64,000 nucleotides of DNA from Octopus bimaculoides (taxonomy: Eukaryota): assembly GCF_001194135.2 (NCBI RefSeq), contig NC_068981.1, positions 56,546,184 to 56,610,183 on the forward strand, written 5' to 3'. The position numbers were made by a program, and so were the translations under genes. Below, piece by piece: positions 56,480-64,000 of this stretch (its first letter is position 1; each line of letters opens with the position of its first letter). The notes under the pieces were generated by a model. The model made no database searches, was not told the origin of the DNA, and saw only the letters and a list, made by a program, of their open reading frames with translations.

Positions 56480-57405
56480 CAGGATTAAAAGCAAAACCTA
56501 GCGCAGCCTCAAAGGCTATCTAGCAATAGCACGGGTACGCAGAAATTCTGGGATGTTGCTCGTAATGTTCAGGCTGCTGCTGATGAAAATGACAGCAAGA
56601 AGCTTTACCGTCTTATGAAGCAAGTGTATGGGCCTAAGAGCTCTGCATCAGCTCTTTTGCTTTCCAAAGAGTTTTCTACTCTATTTACTAAAATAGAGAA
56701 ATCACAGGTAGCTGGATTGAAAACTTCTCTAAACCCCTAAACCATAAGTCAGTTGTGCATGAAACAGTGATTGGTACTATGCAACAAAGACCTATCACTG
56801 GCTCCTTAAATTCCACGCCCCGAATAGATGAGGTAATGAGAGCAATAAGTAAATTGAATCTTGGTAGGGAACCGGGAAGGGATGGAATTTGTGCTGAGGT
56901 CTTGTGATTTGGTGGCGATTACATCACACAATCCCTTCATGAACTTATTAGTGTAGTCTAGAGGGATGGTGTAATGCCTAAAAACTGGAAAGAATCAATT
57001 ATTCTTCCTCTCTATAAAGTAAAAGGAGCCAGAATGATGGGTGCTAACTACAGAAGTATTGCTCTACTATCAGCTACTGGCAAGGTTCTGGCAAATACTC
57101 TTCTTACCTGCCTGAATGTGTGTCTCGTAAATGATGTCCTATCTGAATCTCAATGTGACTTCCAATCTGGTAGAGGGACAATGGTTATGATTTTTATAGC
57201 AAGACAGATGCAAAAGTGCTATGAGCAGAATATGGACCTTGCCCATTGGTTTAACCAAGACTTTTGATATTGTGAATAGGGCCTTACTATGCACAATACT
57301 TGGCAAATTTGGATGTCCGGATCATTTTGTATCTATTAAGAAATCATTTCATGATGAGATGGAGTCTTGAGTCAATGTTGGTGGTGGCATGGCGGGACCC
57401 ATTCT
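56480..57405 (+). mobile_element. RTE-clade LINE RT remnant
   Basis: KLYRLMKQVYGPK, EPGRDGICAEV, MPKNWKESIILPLYK..G....NYRSIALLSATGKVLA, SESQCDFQSGRGT..MIFIARQMQ. Truncated by a SINE fragment at about 57410-57480. Confidence 0.85.
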
Positions 57406-57531
57406 TGTAGCAACTGGTACTTAATTTATCGTCCTCAAAAGGATAAAAAGCAAAGTTGACCTCACCGCCTTTCGAACACAAATATTGTTCCATAAAGGTG
57501 CATAATGGAACAATTGTCACTCTCTATAATA

Positions 57532-57575
<44 letters not shown>

Positions 57576-57680
57576 NNNNNNNNNNNNNNNNNNNNNNNNN
57601 NNNNNNNNNNNNNNNNNNNNNNNNNNNNNNNNNNNNNNNNNNNNNNNNNNNNNNNNNNNNNNNNNNNNNNNNNNNNNNNN

Positions 57681-57711
<31 letters not shown>

Positions 57712-57749
57712 AAGAAAATTAAAAAAAAGGAAAATACACACACTTTACA

Positions 57750-58003
57750 TAGTTTTAATATAATTTTTATTATATCGACCGGTTTCGCTTTCGCTATTCA
57801 TGATATTATGGTTTACTTATTTGAATATGTATTTTCTTAAGAAGAAATTCTTGTCCATGTTGTGTGTGATGATATTTACGAGTGAATGGCTTCATAAGTA
57901 AAAGAATAGGGGGAGGTAATTGGTAATAGTTATTATTGTTGTTGTTGTGGGCAAAGGATATAACTGTTCAGCTTTCGGTTAGAAGAGGGGAATATATATG
58001 TGT

Positions 58004-58036
<33 letters not shown>

Positions 58037-58670
58037 TGATGTAATCGTGAATTGAAATATGTAAAAAAAGTAAAAGTATTTATGAGTGCATATTAAGACG
58101 TATTCTGTATTTTTCAATGAAAAAAGTTTCTTTATGTGAACGTTCTTGTGGAGAGATTGTGTCTTTGCACTGGTAGAAGGGGAAGACTAAAATTTGGTTT
58201 GATGTTATCTGCACATTTTTTTATATGTTCAGTGAGAGGAATTTGTCTGTACTACGGGAAACGGATTTGCTCCTTATGTAGAGTGGTTCTCCTTCTCAAG
58301 GTCATACTCGTTTGTCCAATATAGTTATGTCCGTAACCCGAGCAAGTTATTACATAAATTAGGTTCTCAGAGGCACAAGTGAAGTTAGTTTTAATTGTGA
58401 ACCTCTGCCCTTGTTTGAAAAGGAAATCCAAGCCTTCAAGTAAGTTGGGGCAGGTTCCACGGTTTGAACGTCCACATTTTTTAACTGTTGGCTTCGTGTT
58501 TTTTTTTTTGTAGAGATTCGCATTGTGTGTATACATATAGATATAGATATGTGCTATATTATAGAAAGAGAAAATTGTTCCATCATGCATCTTCGTGGGA
58601 TAATAACCTCATTTAATTTTATGAACTAAACATGAAGACCTGTTTAACGAAATATTGTATAGTTGTGTTT
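57750..58670 (-). mobile_element. Penelope-like element: GIY-YIG endonuclease plus 3' pseudo-LTR
   Basis: KCGRSNRGTC...FTCASENLIYVITCSGYGHNYIGQTSMTLRRRTTLHKEQI. Hammerhead relic at 57772-57806. Confidence 0.85.
57772..57806 (-). ncRNA. Hammerhead relic downstream of the GIY-YIG ORF
   Basis: ATATC-ATGAATA-GC-GAAA-GC-GAAAC-CG-GTC-GATAT: 5-bp stem I, palindromic ACCGGT, GUC site, two core substitutions. Confidence 0.55.
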
Positions 58671-59072
58671 TCCCTAAAACTAATGATGTCGGATGGAGTT
58701 GTTTGGGTAGCAGCCATTCGAAAATTCAAATCACACCGACAGCGATTCAGTTGCATTAAAATATTGTTTGGCAATTTCTTACAAAGCGGCAATCAATTTC
58801 TTTTTTCTAGAGGCACATACTCTCTTGGGTAGTGAATCTATCATTTACTCTTGTGGAATGTAATAATGTTGAAGGTAATGTTAAAAAACTTACCACTTCC
58901 TTTGCTTCCTAACTCGCAAAGCAAAAAATAATGCTTCGGAATGTGGTTGAAAATCCTCTGGCATAAAATGGTCAAAACCTCTACTGTTCATTTGCTAATA
59001 CGTACTGGTAGTCCTTGAATATTTCGTTGCTACTCTATTTGATGGAATATTTTATTTTTTTATCTTGTGTAG

Positions 59073-59114
59073 GAGCGCAATACTAGCGGTCATCTTACTT
59101 GCTTCAATCTTTCC
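59073..59114 (+). CDS. Candidate 42-nt exon
   Basis: Strong acceptor ATTTTATTTTTTTATCTTGTGTAG| and donor TCC|GTAAGA. Open as SAILAVILLASIF (phase 2) or ERNTSGHLTCFNLS (phase 0). Confidence 0.2.
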
Positions 59115-61656
59115 GTAAGAAATTTCTACTGAGTTATTGAAGGTTGCTTATTAGCTATCCGTTTAGATGAGGGGTATGGCGTGGTTTAACTCTTATTAAA
59201 AACATGTTAAACTTTGAAATTTTAATTCACCAAGAAGTCTGGCTATGTTCCTATTGGACTTTATCTTGGTATAGGTTTAGCTTTGTATCTATGGGGCTTT
59301 ATTTTAAAATCTATTGTTATCGTAAAATTAAGTATGATACATTTTCTACTCACAGTGAAGCAAACTCACTTTCTACGAAACAGAAGTAGTACAAGGAAAG
59401 CCACAGGGATTTGATATCAATTTAAAAGGAGTGATATACAAATCATCTGGATAAATGCTACTGAGAACCAAAAGCAACAATTAAACAAGTCAACGTTAAT
59501 TCTTTAAAAATGATGATAAGCTGTTTTTTCAATGGTAGTTTGCAAAACAAATTGCAAAGTAAATATTATATGATGTCAACCAGAAGGTAACAATGAAGGT
59601 AACCGAACATTATTAAATGTGAGCAATGTCAGCTCAAGATAACATGTTCAGAGAGCAAGAAAACCAACTCGTGTCCTCATCAAAAAAACACATATTACTA
59701 ATGCGTCAATGGAAGAGCTCATACGTGAACACTAGGCCAAATCTCACTCAAAGTATAGTTCCGCCTTAAAAAAGACAATATATTAAATACTATAGCCGCT
59801 TATTACTATAAAACGTCAGTATGGCCACAACTGATATATTTTTAATCACAGTTATGTTCCAAAAGGTTAAAACAGTAGAAACAGGAACAAATGCTTATAA
59901 CTATACAGGTAACTAAAAAATTAGCGAAAGTATAATAGTATAATACATGTTAGCACATGAGTTATAGCACAAACGCACGCACACGAGTTCACATATTCGT
60001 TCGAAGGTAACGACGCTCCTCTGAATTTTTCCATATATGTATTCCTTCAATGCATGTGTGTGTGTGTATGTGTATATGTGTGTGTGCGTTTGTGTGTGTG
60101 TGCGCGCGCGCGCATGCGTTGCAGAAACATATGACTCTGGGTAGTCTTAACATATTTAATAGAGTTAGATCATATTTTCGCATGAGCTCCTTACGGTCTG
60201 TTGAGAACTATAAGGTGCTTAATTCCATCATAATCATCAACGTTTCTTTATGCCACAGTCTCATCAACAGAATGTAAATTACTGTTGGCGTGTGTAACTG
60301 CCTCATTTTATGAACGACAAATGTGATATCTCTAGCATTTATCTTCCAAATTTGTTTAGACGTTTTCGATGTTTTGACTGGCATATGAAATTCGATTGTT
60401 AGTTGTATGCGTCATTAGTCACAATAACATTATACATAATATGCATTGAAAATTCACATATCATACACAAAATATACTGTCAATCAAAATGCACAGTAAC
60501 CACACTTTTAGGAGAACGGCTCTTCAAGGATCTCAAATGAAGAGAAAATGCATCATACTAAATCTAAAACCACCACTAATAGTATACTACAGAAACATTA
60601 AAATTGAAAATCCCCTTATTAGCAACGAACTACATGCCTTTTATATTAAAAAAATAGCACAGTTGACCAACGTGGTTAATACTTTTGATTGCAATGGAGA
60701 AAGTTGTAAACTTCATAACTCCTACTATTAAATTGGCCATTGTATGCTTTATGCATGTACGACATAAAGAAATCTAATACTCCGTAAAACAGAAAACGAA
60801 AACTAGGGTGTAAGTTATAAGCGGATAACAGATGCATACTGTATGAAACGGTTCCAGTGTTAAAACTAAAACATAATAACCCGGCCTCCAATATTTTTTT
60901 AAAGAAAAAAGCTGTTTCATACACATACATTTACTGAATGTATGTGTGCGCGCGCGTGTGTATCGTTTGTAGAAAAAACATATATCCGAAGCGCCCTCCA
61001 AAATGTAGAGCAGTTAATATTATAAAGGGGGAGGCAACCCCATAAACCTATTATGATATATATATATATATATATATATACATCTGCAAACAATAGAGAG
61101 ATGAAAGATAAATAGACACATAGATAGATATTACGAAATTATAAGTTCATCTATATATTTTCAACATGTATGAAATACGATACTTAAGCCTAGAGAATGT
61201 TAAGTGTTCAATACTTCAAAATGTACTCACCTCTGGTAATGAGTAGGAATATTCAAGTAGTTGATAATCGAGGGCTGGGATATAGATGTTTACAATACAA
61301 TTTATAATTATTTATTGAGGTTCTTCACAAAAATACCAAGACGTTCCATGAAATAAATTGGAAATAGTATTTTGTTTTTCTTGCTATGCATTGTTTATTT
61401 GAATCGATATTTTTAATCATGTTATTCGACGTATCGAGAATTCCTCAAGGTTTGGACGTACGGATATATATACATGTGACTATGTATGAATATGAAAGCG
61501 TATTGTTTTAGTACGCGCGCGCAAGCACTCACACACCTATCTATAACTATTACATAGATGTATGTATTTATACACTCACACACAAACACACATATATATA
61601 TCTTTGTATGTGTTTGATATATATATATATATATATATATANNNNNNNNNNATATG

Positions 61657-61694
<38 letters not shown>

Positions 61695-61836
61695 CATCCA
61701 TATAAGTTTGTATATATGAATTTCTTGAGATTCACTGGAGTATGCGTGTTTACATCGATTCACAAATAGAGACGAATATATATACATAAACCTGATCTAA
61801 CTCCTAAAGCTTGCATTTGTTTCCGCAAGGACCCCA

Positions 61837-61839
<3 letters not shown>

Positions 61840-61872
<33 letters not shown>

Positions 61873-61937
61873 GTATATGTGCATGTATGTGTATGTGTGT
61901 ATGTATATGTGTGTGTATCGTGTGGTGTATGTGTGTA

Positions 61938-62025
<88 letters not shown>
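61840..62025. repeat. (CA)n and (GT)n microsatellites
   Basis: Read directly. Confidence 0.95.
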
Positions 62026-62026
<1 letters not shown>

Positions 62027-62249
62027 AAGTGTCCTCGTGTTGTGTACATGTAGTATATATACATGTTTGTGGCCTTGGTAAATTCGTGCAAGCAGAAATG
62101 TATTTGACTTCATACCTTATATTTAATTCGGCGCGTCACATGTCTGTTCAAATCTCTGCAATAGCTATTTCCACGTTTCAACATGACTATTATTAATCGT
62201 GACTTGTCTATGTAGTCATCTTGATTCAAAGCCTTACAGTTGTGTGACC

Positions 62250-63060
62250 CATTTGATATTATATTTGATCACTAATAAAAGAATCAGCTATGATAAGATT
62301 TTATTATATGTTGAATTTCCTCACATTCTTTGAAACATAATTTGAATGTTGTCAACAGATTTATTTCATTTGAAGTTGTTGGATGCAATTGATTGTTGAG
62401 GTTATCGATGATGTCGAGTACTTTCATAATAAATGCCAGGAATTGGCTCTATTTTGAAGTTAATCAGAAGTAATGATACTATAAGGCAGCATGGAATAAG
62501 ATAAGCTCAGTACTTTTACTCAACATTGAATGATGTAGAGTTTATCTGTGAAATAGATGTTTCAACTCTCAGGCTCGTTCCTAAACGCTGGTTCCAATCT
62601 ATGAAGCTTCATCCGATGTTCGTTTTCTTTCCTGGATCCTTTACTTTCCTAGTACGTCTGGATAATGATGGAGTGTTTCCTAGCTGGTAATGGCGAAACA
62701 AGCCCTTTAAGTTGGTTTTGTAAAATATTCCTCGGAAAACTTAGATAGAAAGTTCAGGTGTTGATAATGGATATATAGATACGGTAGTGCGAGAAAGACA
62801 TTTTTTGCAAGAATATTTTTTTACATTTCTGTTATTTGGTGGGTTGTACCATATGTCGCTCTGCTTCTTGTGTGATTAGGGTAGTTGTTCTACACATCTA
62901 ACAATGATTAGTAGTTGAGGTTTTGCACAGAGTTGCAGTACTAGTCGGAACAACAGGATGCCTTTTCTCCCCAGGTAAAGAGCTTATCCTGTTATAGGTG
63001 TTGCATATGACGTGTTTGATGACATTAGGTGGGTGTTTCATTAAGGCATATAGTTTTATT
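62250..63060 (-). mobile_element. Degenerate Penelope-like RT C-terminus/linker
   Basis: KHPPNVIKHV...NRISSL and DIWYNPP..RNVKK motifs. Confidence 0.55.
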
Positions 63061-63829
63061 TTCTAATTTGGACAGAATTGAAAGTAAAAGAGCTGTAGAT
63101 TCATATTGTTCGACACATTGATTCATTATTTATGTCACTGAAAATCATACAGTTTCACTGGAAACACTTCCTATAAATGCATAAATACACGCACACGCCG
63201 ACAAACATGTACGAATACATACACGCGCGCACACATACACATAAACACATAGACACATACGCCCTCCCCCGCACACCCCNNNNNNNNNNNNNNNNNNNNN
63301 NNNNNNNNNNNNNNNNNNNNNNNNNNNNNNNNNNNNNNNNNNNNNNNNNNNNNNNNNNNNNNNNNNNNNNNNNNNNNNNNNNNNNNNNNNNNNNNNNNNN
63401 NNNNNNNNNNNNNNNNNNNNNNNNNNNCCCCACACATATATGTGTCTGCGAATATATTGATGTATACCAGATCATATATACAAGATCATACCATATATAC
63501 AAGATCATACCATATTTGTTTTATAGCATAGGAAAATATATAGACATATATGCTTTTAAAGAGATATTTATATATTTGTAATGTGCTAGTGCACTCAGGG
63601 AGATTGCTTCATGTATAAGCAATTATCCAAACTTAATACTTAGGAAGAATATAATGCTGTTACTGTACGTGTGTGTTTGAGTATAGTTCTTTTCTCCGTA
63701 CAAATATCAATGGAAGATTTCTAAATATACTGCGCAGCAGTTCGGTACACTGGACTTCATTCTTCCCGTCGTTTTGTAATACATGATCACCCGAGAATAT
63801 ATTCAAATACTTTAGACATGTTCATGTCT

Positions 63830-63866
63830 TTCTTTATGTTTCGAGTCTACGCTCGTCAACAGAACC
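63830..63866 (-). ncRNA. Variant hammerhead-like motif (CUGUUGA core)
   Basis: TT-CTGTTGA-C-GAGC-GTAG-ACTC-GAAAC-ATA-AAG. Homologous to 24835-24870. Confidence 0.4.
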
Positions 63867-64000
63867 ACGAGGCACTAAACAGAGAGAGAATGAAAAAAAT
63901 TTTGGAGCTAGCGGTCAATCATGGCGACTAGTTGAACAAGGTAGTAAGACAGGAAAGCTAGGAAGAAAGGGAGATAATAAAATACTGGTGATCCCAAAAC

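Overview
AT-rich, microsatellite-dense, gapped eukaryotic genomic DNA. The SINE families, repeat spectrum and base composition point to a cephalopod, probably Octopus (inference from recalled repeat families, not a search). No complete host gene can be supported. Most of the window is decayed mobile DNA: R4/Dong-like REL-endonuclease non-LTR elements, Tx1/L1-like LINEs, RTE and CR1/L2 remnants, Penelope-like elements (PLEs), mariner and Tigger/pogo remnants, a MITE and several tRNA-derived SINE families. Almost all ORFs in the supplied track are microsatellite or N-gap artefacts, or retroelement fragments. Most notable observations: (1) about eight type I hammerhead-ribozyme-like motifs, including one with an intact core and stems I/III, a family with a non-canonical CUGUYGA core, and a tRNA-like + hammerhead composite; (2) R4/Dong-like copies stacked head-to-tail in (TAA)n and abutting (CATA)n arrays, suggesting microsatellite targeting; (3) a SINE whose 3' tail matches the 3' end of the neighbouring Tx1/L1-like LINE; (4) a tandem duplicated segment with a near-identical core and codon-patterned substitutions; (5) a few low-confidence candidate exons.
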